28,894 nt of DNA. Source: Latescibacteria bacterium UBA2968 (GTDB lineage Bacteria > Latescibacterota > UBA2968 > GCA-2709665). The stretch lies in contig CAVOEZ010000001.1 of assembly GCA_963694355.1 (NCBI GenBank), positions 1 to 28,894 on the forward strand, given 5' to 3'. Positions 1 through 8,714 of the stretch are shown piece by piece; position 1 is the first letter of the stretch, and every line of letters starts with the position of its first letter. The translations under genes were made by a program, and so were the position numbers. The notes under the pieces were generated by a model. That model was not told the origin of the DNA and made no database searches. It was given only the letters and a program-made list of their open reading frames with translations.

Positions 1-1
1 T

Positions 2-445
2 TATACCATTCAAAAAAACATATTTGGTTTTGCTATCGGGGCATTCACCATGCTTTATGCCTTTTGTGAAGAATATGGTTGGAGGGGCTATTTACAAGCG
101 GAATTGAGTATCAAATTCAACAAGTGGACTGCTTATGTTTTCATTGGAATAATTTGGTATCTGTGGCATTGGTATTTTTTGCGAGAGGGTAGTAATCCAA
201 AATTGATAATGCTCCCAATCCTAATTGGAGCCAGTGTTGGAATTGGAGAAACCAGTAAATCCACAAAATCCCTTTTAGTCTGTACCGCACTCCATGGAAT
301 AGTTAACACTTTATTTATTTACGGCATAATTTCGAACCAATTGTCGAGCCAAGAAAAGGTGATAATATCCGGTATCTGTTTAGCAATTTGGATTCCATTA
401 ATTTTGAAGTTAGAAAAAGCGGGAAATTCTCCGGTCAACAGGTGA
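2..445 (+). CDS. CPBP/CAAX-family (Abi) intramembrane metalloprotease, 5'-truncated by window edge
   Basis: Frame open from base 2; EEYGWRGY (EExxxR), WYLWH and HGIVN (HxxxN) motifs; hydrophobic segments; AT-rich relative to neighbours. Confidence 0.85.
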   Translation, partial: YTIQKNIFGFAIGAFTMLYAFCEEYGWRGYLQAELSIKFNKWTAYVFIGIIWYLWHWYFLREGSNPKLIMLPILIGASVGIGETSKSTKSLLVCTALHGIVNTLFIYGIISNQLSSQEKVIISGICLAIWIPLILKLEKAGNSPVNR

Positions 446-530
446 TCGCTTCGTAAGATGTCTCACCTCCGGATGCATCGAAGGGAACAATCACGATACG
501 ATGCGGATTACAGGAGTACGTTAGGCACCA

Positions 531-2450
531 ATGATCTCAAAACAGGACCTCAATCCTGAGCAGAGGGCTGCGGCCACTCACGGCACTGGGCCTGCCCTTG
601 TGCTGGCTGGACCGGGCACGGGGAAGACTACAACACTCGCTGGACGATATGCTCATCTCACCGATGCTGGTGTTGATCCTGCACGTGTGTTTGTCTCGAC
701 ATTTACGAAGAAGGCCGCCCAGGAGCTCCGCGACAGAATTCGCCAGGCGGCTGGGATTGATCCGCGTAAGCTACCGATTGGGACCTTCCATGCCTACTGC
801 TTTCGCCTTACTGGAGCGCCTCAGGTCATCGAAACCAGCACGCGTTTCGGCATCGTCCGGGAATGCATACCGGACTGGAAGGGTGACCTCTCCACTGTAG
901 TCGACGCTATCGACCGTTTCAAGGACGCGCTCGTATCTCCCGAAGAAGCCCAAACCCAGGCCAGTCAAGCTGGAGTAGCCGATCGGGACGAACTGCAGCA
1001 GATCGCCGCTGCATACACTTGCTATCAACAGCGACTCGCACAAGACGGGCTGGTGGACTTCGGTGATCTGGTCTGGCGATCCATCCAGTTGCTGCAGGAC
1101 CGACCCCCGGCGGATTCTCAATTCCAACACCTGCTCATCGACGAGTATCAAGACATAAACCCGGCGCAAGACGCGCTGATCAAGAGCCTCTTGACCCAGG
1201 GCGCTCAGCTGTGGGTCGTCGGTGACGACGACCAGGCAATCTATGGCTGGAGGGGCAGCGATGTGCGGTACATCACATCCTTCTGCAGCAGATATGAGGG
1301 CGCAACGACTTACCGATTGAAGCGAAATTACCGTTCCTCAAAGCTCATCGTTGATGTAGCGCAGGCACTCGTATTTGGCAACAAACAACGACTTTCCAAG
1401 TCACTCGTCGCGGCTGTCGGGGTGACCTCACGGCCTGTATGCCTGTCTCGCTGTGACAGTGAGGAACATGAAGCGAAATGGATCTCCACCGCCGTCCGAA
1501 AGCTCATTGGTTCTGGTGTGCGTCCCGAGGAGGTAGCGATCCTCCTGAGGACAAACTTTCAAACCGTGGAATTCGAGAGGGCGCTGTCGCGAGAGCGGAT
1601 CAAGTTCGTTGTGCGTGGGGCCGGTAGCTTCTGGGATCTTCCAGTTGTCAGAGCCCTTATGGCGGCAATTTGGCGCACACGGTCGCCAGCCAGCCGCGCG
1701 CCGTGGGTTGGACCAAAATACCTGGTCGACGTTCTCGACAAGGTGGCTGAGACAGCCGGCGCGGTGGGCTTCAAAGCCCTTGCGGGCCGGATGGTTACCG
1801 AGGCGATATCTGCCCGGCCGAGCGCGATGCCATTGGAGCAGCGGATACAATGGGATGGCGGAGCGAAGCGGCTGGGTGACGAAAGTGACCGGTTTTCGGA
1901 CGCAGAGGCCTTCTTGACGCACTGCCGAGAGTCAAGTGCTCAACGCGCTCGCGCTGAGGACGGAGTAGCAGCCGTGGTACTCTCCACTATCCACCAGGCG
2001 AAGGGGCTTGAATGGGAGGCGGTATTCATCGCAGGATGCGAGGATGAACTCTTGCCTCACAAATCGGCCATGGACCACGAGGAGGAACGCCGCCTCGTGT
2101 ACGTGGCGGTAACCAGAGCGAAGGCATTCCTCACCCTGACGTGGGCAACCAGCCGAAATGGGACCAGGCGGAAAGAATCGCCCTTTCTGAACGAGCTGAC
2201 CGCGGGCGCAGATGAAACACAGCTTGATCGTCGGGGACACAAAGCAGAACACGACGATTCCCGACTCGATCCGAAGAATGACTCTGCTCAATTGCCTCGT
2301 GCTAAACGCAGGAAACCAGCAGTACGGGTAAGGCACCTGTCATTCGGCGATGGCACGATCAAGTCAATTAGGGACGACAAGTACGTCATTCAGTTTGACC
2401 TGGCCGGCAAAAAGACCATCCTCTCCACCTACCTGGAGATCCTGGGATAG
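531..2450 (+). CDS. UvrD/Rep/PcrA-family SF1A helicase with C-terminal Tudor-like domain
   Basis: GPGTGKT, LIDEYQD, VGDDDQAIYGWRG, NYRS, STIHQAKGLEW, EERRLVYVAVTRAK; C-terminal VRHLSFGDGTI resembles the PcrA/UvrD CTD. Confidence 0.93.
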   Translation: MISKQDLNPEQRAAATHGTGPALVLAGPGTGKTTTLAGRYAHLTDAGVDPARVFVSTFTKKAAQELRDRIRQAAGIDPRKLPIGTFHAYCFRLTGAPQVIETSTRFGIVRECIPDWKGDLSTVVDAIDRFKDALVSPEEAQTQASQAGVADRDELQQIAAAYTCYQQRLAQDGLVDFGDLVWRSIQLLQDRPPADSQFQHLLIDEYQDINPAQDALIKSLLTQGAQLWVVGDDDQAIYGWRGSDVRYITSFCSRYEGATTYRLKRNYRSSKLIVDVAQALVFGNKQRLSKSLVAAVGVTSRPVCLSRCDSEEHEAKWISTAVRKLIGSGVRPEEVAILLRTNFQTVEFERALSRERIKFVVRGAGSFWDLPVVRALMAAIWRTRSPASRAPWVGPKYLVDVLDKVAETAGAVGFKALAGRMVTEAISARPSAMPLEQRIQWDGGAKRLGDESDRFSDAEAFLTHCRESSAQRARAEDGVAAVVLSTIHQAKGLEWEAVFIAGCEDELLPHKSAMDHEEERRLVYVAVTRAKAFLTLTWATSRNGTRRKESPFLNELTAGADETQLDRRGHKAEHDDSRLDPKNDSAQLPRAKRRKPAVRVRHLSFGDGTIKSIRDDKYVIQFDLAGKKTILSTYLEILG

Positions 2451-2558
2451 GTGTGATAAGCTGGTTGCCGTCCACAGAGATATATAACAAGCGCAAGGAG
2501 CGGACGCGGCTCCCGATGCGCAGCGTTCCACTTCGAGTATAAAGTGAGGGTATCGACT

Positions 2559-3716
2559 ATGAGAATCGCACAGATTGCACCGTTGACCTACACGCCGGGT
2601 GGACTCGAGTACGCCTCGTTCATACGCGGCGGTACGGGTGCCGACTACCACCAGAGCCCGGCCTTCTATCGGTTTCCCTCAGGCCAACTCATGGTGTACT
2701 GGCATGCCTACGACTTCGACGAGTGCTCCAGCAACGGCATTTTACTGTACTCCTTGTCAGACGACCTTGGATTGACCTGGTCGGATCCGCAGGTGTACCT
2801 GGCCGATTTCCCTGGGGGCAAGCTGATGGGAGCCGAGATCCTGAGGCTGCGCAACCAGGACACCGCACTGATGCTCTATGCACAGACTCGGCATACGATC
2901 CAGGTCGATCGTCAGCGACGGGTTCGAACTGCTGCCAGTGACTATTTTCAGAGTCGGACGCGCCTCTTCATCCGTCGCTCCGACGATGGCGGGGAACATT
3001 TCGGACCCAGTGAGGAACTGCCCTATACGCTGGTTGCCGACGACAGGGAGTTGCCCGGAGTCGGGTTCTACGGCTCGATCGACCAGGTGCTCGAACTCGA
3101 AAGCGGACGGATCGTGACGGCTTGCTGCTTCATGGACCCCGCCCGCGCCGATGCCGACAAAGGCGGAGCGGGGCAGCATTACACAGTGGCATGTCTACTT
3201 TCTGAGGACCAGGGCAAGACCTGGACCCGCAGCGGGGAGATCACCGTCGACACCCCCCGCGGGGTTATGGAGGTGCAGATCGTCGAGACCGAACCGGAAC
3301 GGCTCTTCTGCCTGTTTCGCACCCAGGGCGGGTATTTGTATCAGACCCGGTCGCAGGACGGTGGGCAGACGTGGAGCGCATCGCAGCCCTCGCCACTTCC
3401 CTCTCCCGAATCCAAGCCGCGGATGATCAAGCTCCAGAGCGGCAACCTCCTGATCGTGTGGAACAACGTCTCTTCCGTCACACAGGAACCTCGCTACCCA
3501 ATGGTTGCATCGCTCTCGACAGACGGCGGACGGACCTGGGGAAAGCCGCATATCATCAGGAACGAAACGGGCACCAACCAGCTCAGCAATCACGGCCTGA
3601 TCCAGCTAGACGATGGCCGCATCCTGACGTGCATCTCCCACTACCACGACACCCGACCAATGACAAGCGATCTCGATATGGCGCTCTTTGACGAGCAGTG
3701 GCTTCTGCACGGTTAG
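2559..3716 (+). CDS. BNR/Asp-box sialidase-fold (exo-alpha-sialidase-like) protein
   Basis: Five Asp-boxes (SDDLGLTW, SDDGGEHF, SEDQGKTW, SQDGGQTW, STDGGRTW) and an RYP motif; ATG 2559 follows GAGGG (ORF track begins at GTG 2544). Confidence 0.85.
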   Translation: MRIAQIAPLTYTPGGLEYASFIRGGTGADYHQSPAFYRFPSGQLMVYWHAYDFDECSSNGILLYSLSDDLGLTWSDPQVYLADFPGGKLMGAEILRLRNQDTALMLYAQTRHTIQVDRQRRVRTAASDYFQSRTRLFIRRSDDGGEHFGPSEELPYTLVADDRELPGVGFYGSIDQVLELESGRIVTACCFMDPARADADKGGAGQHYTVACLLSEDQGKTWTRSGEITVDTPRGVMEVQIVETEPERLFCLFRTQGGYLYQTRSQDGGQTWSASQPSPLPSPESKPRMIKLQSGNLLIVWNNVSSVTQEPRYPMVASLSTDGGRTWGKPHIIRNETGTNQLSNHGLIQLDDGRILTCISHYHDTRPMTSDLDMALFDEQWLLHG

Positions 3717-3800
3717 TCGCCGCCGCATACCTTCAGAACTTGGGATTTACAGGGAGTGCCGGTGCCGAACCAGCAGGTGCAAGCGACATTTGACAGCCCG

Positions 3801-3868
3801 CCTGACCTCCGACGTCAGGTTGCTTTTTACCTCAGAATATCCTGACGGCTTTGGCGTCAGGATTTTTC
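3801..3868. repeat. Two tandem hairpins with the same CCTGAC/GTCAGG stem (terminator- or REP-like)
   Basis: cctgac-N7-gtcagg (3801-3819) and atcctgacg-N7-cgtcaggat (3839-3863), each followed by a T-rich tract. Confidence 0.5.
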
Positions 3869-3887
3869 ACATCGAAGGTTCGCAATA

Positions 3888-5072
3888 ATGACCGGCACAA
3901 GAACAACCCCAAACCTGCAAAGCATCCCGACAGGTGTCACCTTTCAACAGGATACCCTGTCTCGGCTCGGAAATCGAGGTGACAACTGGTGTATCACCTG
4001 GGCAGCAGATGACACACAGATCACTTCTATGGATGATGGAAAATGGATCGAAGATGGGGATGAGAGGCAGTTCCACAACCATCTTTATCGTATTCTGGGC
4101 GGGGCCAATGACTTTTCCAGAGCCGATATTCCGAATTATCCAGATTTCAGAAGAGGTGATGGCGGTTGGTTTGGCTATGGCATTGTGTCAGTAGATGGAG
4201 TTTTGTACGCCGCCGCGTCAAAGACACCTCGACTGGCATGGAGCGGCCCTTTTCCGGGTGTCAAATTGCTCAGGTCTGAAGACAATGGGGAAAGCTGGCA
4301 TCGTGTGAATCGCGAAGGCGAACTACGCTATCTGGAGAGACACGATCCTGCCCGACACTCAGTAGACCCTGCTGAAATGTTTTTCTGGCAGGAGTATGGT
4401 TTGACACACAAAACACAAATTGCCTATCCCTTTTCCTATTTCGACTTCGCGCAATGTGGGCGAGACAATCGTGCTGCGAAAGACGACTATCTCTATATCT
4501 ATTCCCCGGAGGGGGCCCAGGCGCATCGTTTACTATTGGCGCGCGTTCTCAAAAAGGATTTGGGCACCCGTGAAGCCTGGCAGTTTTTCACAGGTTACGA
4601 CCAGGATCAGCCGCAATGGTCGCCAAATATCCAGGATCGCCAGGCAGTGTATCTCTATCCAGAGCACAGTCAGGAGGGTCATTATTTCGGTTGGTATTCC
4701 TGGCTTCCTTCGGTCGTTTGGAACGAGGGACTGAAGCTATACATTATGGTCAATGGGGGAACCTATGCCGGATATGGGATGACGGACTCCGACGAAGACT
4801 ATTATGATGCCTGGATGCATACCAAAACAGGCAGTCTGGGTTTTTGGTACGCGCATCAGCCTTATGGCCCGTGGCACCAGTTCTTCTACACGGACTACTG
4901 GTTTGCGGAAAGCACCGAAAACCGAACCTATCAGCCCAAGCTCTCCCCCAAATGGATCAGTGCCTCAGGGCGGGAGATGACCTTGATCTGGTCTGATGCC
5001 ATGAAAAATGAAGCAGGCAAATCTCACTCCACAAACTATAAATGGAATCAGATGGCCATCACCATTGAATAA
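3888..5072 (+). CDS. DUF4185-like beta-propeller / putative glycoside hydrolase
   Basis: N-terminal GDNWCITWAADD..ITSMDDG and C-terminal YQPKLSPKW pattern recalled from DUF4185-like proteins; aromatic-rich; no signal peptide evident. Confidence 0.6.
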   Translation: MTGTRTTPNLQSIPTGVTFQQDTLSRLGNRGDNWCITWAADDTQITSMDDGKWIEDGDERQFHNHLYRILGGANDFSRADIPNYPDFRRGDGGWFGYGIVSVDGVLYAAASKTPRLAWSGPFPGVKLLRSEDNGESWHRVNREGELRYLERHDPARHSVDPAEMFFWQEYGLTHKTQIAYPFSYFDFAQCGRDNRAAKDDYLYIYSPEGAQAHRLLLARVLKKDLGTREAWQFFTGYDQDQPQWSPNIQDRQAVYLYPEHSQEGHYFGWYSWLPSVVWNEGLKLYIMVNGGTYAGYGMTDSDEDYYDAWMHTKTGSLGFWYAHQPYGPWHQFFYTDYWFAESTENRTYQPKLSPKWISASGREMTLIWSDAMKNEAGKSHSTNYKWNQMAITIE

Positions 5073-5141
5073 AAACATAAAGGTCATTTAGGAGACAAGC
5101 TCCAGCATACAGAACCAAACCTGTACATATCATAATTCTGA

Positions 5142-5375
5142 TCGAACATCCCGTCTTTGACCTATCTAAAGGCCGTGAGGATCCGCCTTGCTGTCCGCGA
5201 CTTGGGACATGCCGCAACGGCTACGTTGCGGGTTGATGGACTCAGGCACGCCTGGTAATCCAATCTGTTCGAGGAGAAGGGCGCAGCGATTTCTTTCGAG
5301 ACGGATACCCTTCAGATCCCGGTCAAGCCATTCGAGATCTGCACAATCCGTATCGCTCGACGGGCGCGAGGTTAG
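5142..5375 (+). pseudogene. C-terminal remnant of a GH38 alpha-mannosidase-like gene
   Basis: Manual translation LTYLKAVRIRL...TATLRVDGLRHAW*SNLFEEKGAAISFETDTLQIPVKPFEICTIRI matches the GH38 C-terminal NLlEE...PFEI.T pattern; in-frame TAA at 5256; no start. Confidence 0.6.
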
Positions 5376-5410
5376 GGCCCTGATCCTGGATCTCCCTGGC
5401 TTCTGCGTCG

Positions 5411-5435
5411 GGATTCGCCTGTCGGCGGCGAATCC
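5411..5435. terminator. GC-rich hairpin between convergent units
   Basis: ggattcgcc-N7-ggcgaatcc perfect 9-bp stem; no strong U-tract. Confidence 0.35.
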
Positions 5436-5578
5436 GTACATGGGAACGTGCTTTTGACAAATTGTACAACAACCGGGAACGAGCGAGCCTCTGGTGAGCT
5501 TGGTCGTTAGAGAGAAGGAACAGACTTCGGGAGGATAGGCGCCACTCTGGATTGGGATTGACGCCTGCGAAGGAGGGA

Positions 5579-5887
5579 TCAGGCAGGAACGGGGTTCTTA
5601 ACCTCCACGGAGAGCTTCAGGCCAAGCTCCCGCAGGATGGAAGTCAGGCTGGCCAACTTTGGGTTCCCCTGGTCTGACAGCATTCGGTACATCGATTCAC
5701 GGTTAAGTTGGGTATCTTCTGCCAGCTTCTTTATTCCGTGTGCTTCCGCAACGTTTCTCAGCGCCATCAAGAAGAGTTCGTTCGAGTCTTCTTCCAGCGC
5801 CGCATTCAAATACTCGGCTGCTTCAGTCGGATCCAGGAGCGCTTTCAGCAACTCCGGCTTATACGGTCTCGATACCGTGCTCATCAC
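5579..5887 (-). CDS. Addiction-module antidote protein (HI1420-like, Xre HTH antitoxin)
   Basis: LLDPTEAAEYLNAALEE..LFLMALRNVAEAHGIKKLAEDTQLNRESMYRMLSDQGNPKLASL; 4-bp overlap with upstream toxin. Confidence 0.9.
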   Translation of the reverse strand: MMSTVSRPYKPELLKALLDPTEAAEYLNAALEEDSNELFLMALRNVAEAHGIKKLAEDTQLNRESMYRMLSDQGNPKLASLTSILRELGLKLSVEVKNPVPA

Positions 5888-6219
5888 GCTCGACTCCTGT
5901 AGTCGGCCCAGTAGGTTTGAGCCTGATCAATGTCGTGTTGCTGTGTCCCCTTAGTTCCGCCGGTCAGGAGCAGAACAATCCGGTTCCCAGTTTCCCCGAA
6001 GTAGACGCGGTATCCGGGACCATAGTCAACCCCTAATTCGTGAAGAGCACCGCCAAGAGAACGGCAATCGCCAAAGTTCCCAAGACTCAGGCGGTCCAAT
6101 CTTACACGAACTCGAGCGCGGGCCCTGCGATCTCTCAACCCGTCGATCCACTCGCTGAAGGGACTTCTTCCCTCAACAGTGAGATATTCCTCCAGTGATC
6201 TGGGCACAGCTTCGTTCAT
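5884..6219 (-). CDS. Addiction-module killer protein (HI1419-like, RelE/ParE superfamily toxin)
   Basis: SPFSEWIDGLRD..ARARV..RLDRLSLGNFGD, DYGPGYRVYF, LLLTGGTK.TQ..DI. Confidence 0.9.
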   Translation of the reverse strand: MNEAVPRSLEEYLTVEGRSPFSEWIDGLRDRRARARVRVRLDRLSLGNFGDCRSLGGALHELGVDYGPGYRVYFGETGNRIVLLLTGGTKGTQQHDIDQAQTYWADYRSRA

Positions 6220-6254
6220 AAATCAAATGTAGCCTAAAAGCTACACGCTGGCGA
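6220..6254 (-). promoter_or_regulatory. Probable leaderless sigma70 promoter with TA operator
   Basis: Minus strand TCGCCA-17-TACATT-6-ATG; palindrome TGTAGC-N6-GCTACA (6228-6245) overlaps the -10. Confidence 0.65.
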
Positions 6255-6437
6255 GTGAATATTCAAGGTCAGGGCTGTTGTGGACAGCCTTCTCTTTCTA
6301 CACAAGTCTATATACCCAATGAGCCAGCTCCAATGCGACTTCTACAACTGGGTTCCCCGGCGTCCCACTAAGATGGGGTAGGTGAACGTCCGATAGTAGC
6401 GAATCTCCATCTGGCAAAGTGTGCGTGAACCGCCTGG

Positions 6438-6884
6438 TCACTCGTCAAGCAACTCCAAATGGAAGCCCTGCCAGTCATCCAAGTCATTAAGATCTGAAGC
6501 AATCCACACCGTATCGTCCTTCGGCAGACCTAGCAAATCGAGCATCTCCGACCGTTCGGGTTCGGGCTTTGGGAACAACAGTACCCGCTGATTGAACCGG
6601 TCGATCGCTTCCGGTGTAAGGCGATCAGGCTCTGCTTGCTCCTTGACCCAGGCCTCGAAAGCGAGATAGGTCGGTTGAGACCCGGCAACGAACGAAGTCG
6701 TGGCATCCAAACTCAAGCCAAGCGCTTCGAGCAGCGCACCGTCAAGACCTCCTTTTCCTGCGCGATATCCCTCCTTAAGCTTTCCCTTCGCAGCCAGGCG
6801 CATCTTCAGCCACAGCCTTGGAAGATGTACCAGACCCAGTGGACCCTTCGAGCGGTTGCTGATCAACGGAATGATTGTATCCAT
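6438..6884 (-). CDS. DUF5069-like protein
   Basis: GPLGLVHLPRLWLKMRL..KGKL..GY...GLDGALLEALGL pattern; ATG 6884 follows GAGAGGG (ORF track begins at 6938). Confidence 0.65.
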   Translation of the reverse strand: MDTIIPLISNRSKGPLGLVHLPRLWLKMRLAAKGKLKEGYRAGKGGLDGALLEALGLSLDATTSFVAGSQPTYLAFEAWVKEQAEPDRLTPEAIDRFNQRVLLFPKPEPERSEMLDLLGLPKDDTVWIASDLNDLDDWQGFHLELLDE

Positions 6885-7185
6885 AGCCGGAATCCCTCTC
6901 ATCGGATAGGAGTATGGGTGAAGGATGTAACCTAACAATCGCCTCGATTATCACGATTGATAGGTGGGTTGATGTTCCGTAATTGCACCCTGACATCGCA
7001 GGATAAGACAACTCCGGAGGGTGACACTCCCTGCCAAGCGATGCGGGCGGGGAACAAAGAACAACGGCTATCTGATTGGCTTCACGGAGATGTGCACCGC
7101 GTGAGTGAAGCGCTCACGGCTTAGTCTGGACGGGTCAAACAGGACCGCAGTTGAACGCGCCTCATAGAAGCCCCTCGCCGGCGAC

Positions 7186-8349
7186 TCAGTTGGTCTCGGA
7201 CGCGCCAAGCCTTTCGGTGATCTGACCAATAACAGACCAGTAAACTGCAGCCTGGAGAATACCCGAGGCGGGGAGAATGCGGACGTCGTAACCAGGCACA
7301 TCGACAAGAGAGTCGGTGTATTCCCAGCCGGGGTCGATTTTGTAGTCGGGTTCATGACCAACTGAGGCAGGTTCGCGGGCGCCGGCAATTATTTCGACGA
7401 TCGTACATTGACGCCTGCGTGCAACTTCATAGGCCGCGTTCGGACGTCGGTAATAACCAAGGAAGAAGAAGAGGTCGCCTGGGCCGAGCTTGCGTTCGAG
7501 CTCGGCGACATCGGGTGTTTCGCCCGTGAAGGTATCAAGGGTTGTCATATACCCTGGGTCTCCGGGAGCGCCGGCCTGGTGGACCGGGAAGTGTGCAATG
7601 AGAAAGGCATGGATGTGCCTGTCGTTCTTCAATACTTCGACCGCAGCAGCGGCTGCACGGGCAACTGCGGGGGCTTCGTGATGCAGGGATGTCAAACAGG
7701 TCGAGATCCTGTCCAGATAAGCGCCACCCAGCCGCCCTGGAGAAATGGACGGAACATCGTGTGTCGCGTGGAATCGGTGACTTCCGAAGGATGTATTTCG
7801 CTCACGCGCCCCCTCCGTGAGCACACTCTGGTACATCACCGGCATCTGGCCTTCCCGTGTCATAGCGGCAACGAGTTCTGCTGTGAACGTCCAGAGCAGG
7901 ATTAGATTCTGCAATGATATGAGTGGGTAAGATTCGTTGTTCAGGTGCCCAAGGACGATCTCGGGACAGGGTGGATCGCTGTGCAGAAACACGTCCAGAT
8001 TCCGGGAGAACTGTTTCGCTTCGGGACCGATGCCGATCACGAACGCCCCGGTTTCCACGAGGCGGGAGATCAGACGCCGGTCTGCATCTGATTCCGTGTC
8101 GGACCAGCCGGCAATTACAACATCGCCCTGCTTTGGTGTACTGGATGTGCATTCCTGCATCATCATCATGCCACCCGAACGGACGTAACCCTCGGACATG
8201 AAATCGGGTCTGCTGCTGGCAATGTACAGGTCGCCACCACCGATGAGCCGAGAAGCGGCGGATTCGGCAGCTTGGCTGATCTCGGGCAGGAGAAGGCGAA
8301 CAGATTCAGCACCGTCGATCATCGTTTGGAGATAGGATTCGCAGAACAC
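7186..8349 (-). CDS. Hypothetical protein with two SIS (sugar isomerase)-like halves
   Basis: Internal duplication YLQTMIDGAESV..ISQAAESAASRLIGGGDLYI / YLDRISTCLTSL..VARAAAAAVEVLKNDRHIHA, each followed by GD.. segments like SIS folds; family not securely identified. Confidence 0.55.
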   Translation of the reverse strand: MFCESYLQTMIDGAESVRLLLPEISQAAESAASRLIGGGDLYIASSRPDFMSEGYVRSGGMMMMQECTSSTPKQGDVVIAGWSDTESDADRRLISRLVETGAFVIGIGPEAKQFSRNLDVFLHSDPPCPEIVLGHLNNESYPLISLQNLILLWTFTAELVAAMTREGQMPVMYQSVLTEGARERNTSFGSHRFHATHDVPSISPGRLGGAYLDRISTCLTSLHHEAPAVARAAAAAVEVLKNDRHIHAFLIAHFPVHQAGAPGDPGYMTTLDTFTGETPDVAELERKLGPGDLFFFLGYYRRPNAAYEVARRRQCTIVEIIAGAREPASVGHEPDYKIDPGWEYTDSLVDVPGYDVRILPASGILQAAVYWSVIGQITERLGASETN

Positions 8350-8679
8350 GCATTCACTCGATTCAGGATATAGTTTCGCTGCTTGGCCAGAATCTCTTTC
8401 AGGCCATTGTCACACGGAGGAGGCCCGGGAGGACATCACGCCCCCTGTTTTCTGCTGAATTTTTTCACTGACAAATCGCTGGTTACAGCAAATACACCCG
8501 CAATATATATGAATTCTTGATACGTCCACTATTTCAAAACGCATCACACCTTAACATCTACCTCAAACAGCCAGATCGCCTGTCACGCCTCCTGCTGAAG
8601 TAACCGCTTGATGGGGTAAGTCTCGCACCGAATGCCCGCAACCTACGTGCGTTTTAAGCAGATTTTTCGACGATTGCCT

Positions 8680-8714
8680 TTGACAATTGTCACGTGACAC
8701 AGTACATTCGTGTG
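8680..8714 (+). promoter_or_regulatory. sigma70 promoter with palindromic operator for the higBA locus
   Basis: TTGACA(8680)-17-TACATT(8703); overlapping perfect palindromes TGACAATTGTCA (8681-8692) and TGTCACGTGACA (8688-8699). Confidence 0.75.

Noticed and set aside
531-2450. Gabija GajB or another named helicase defence system
   Set aside because: No OLD/TOPRIM or other nuclease partner adjacent, and the PcrA-type C-terminal domain argues against GajB
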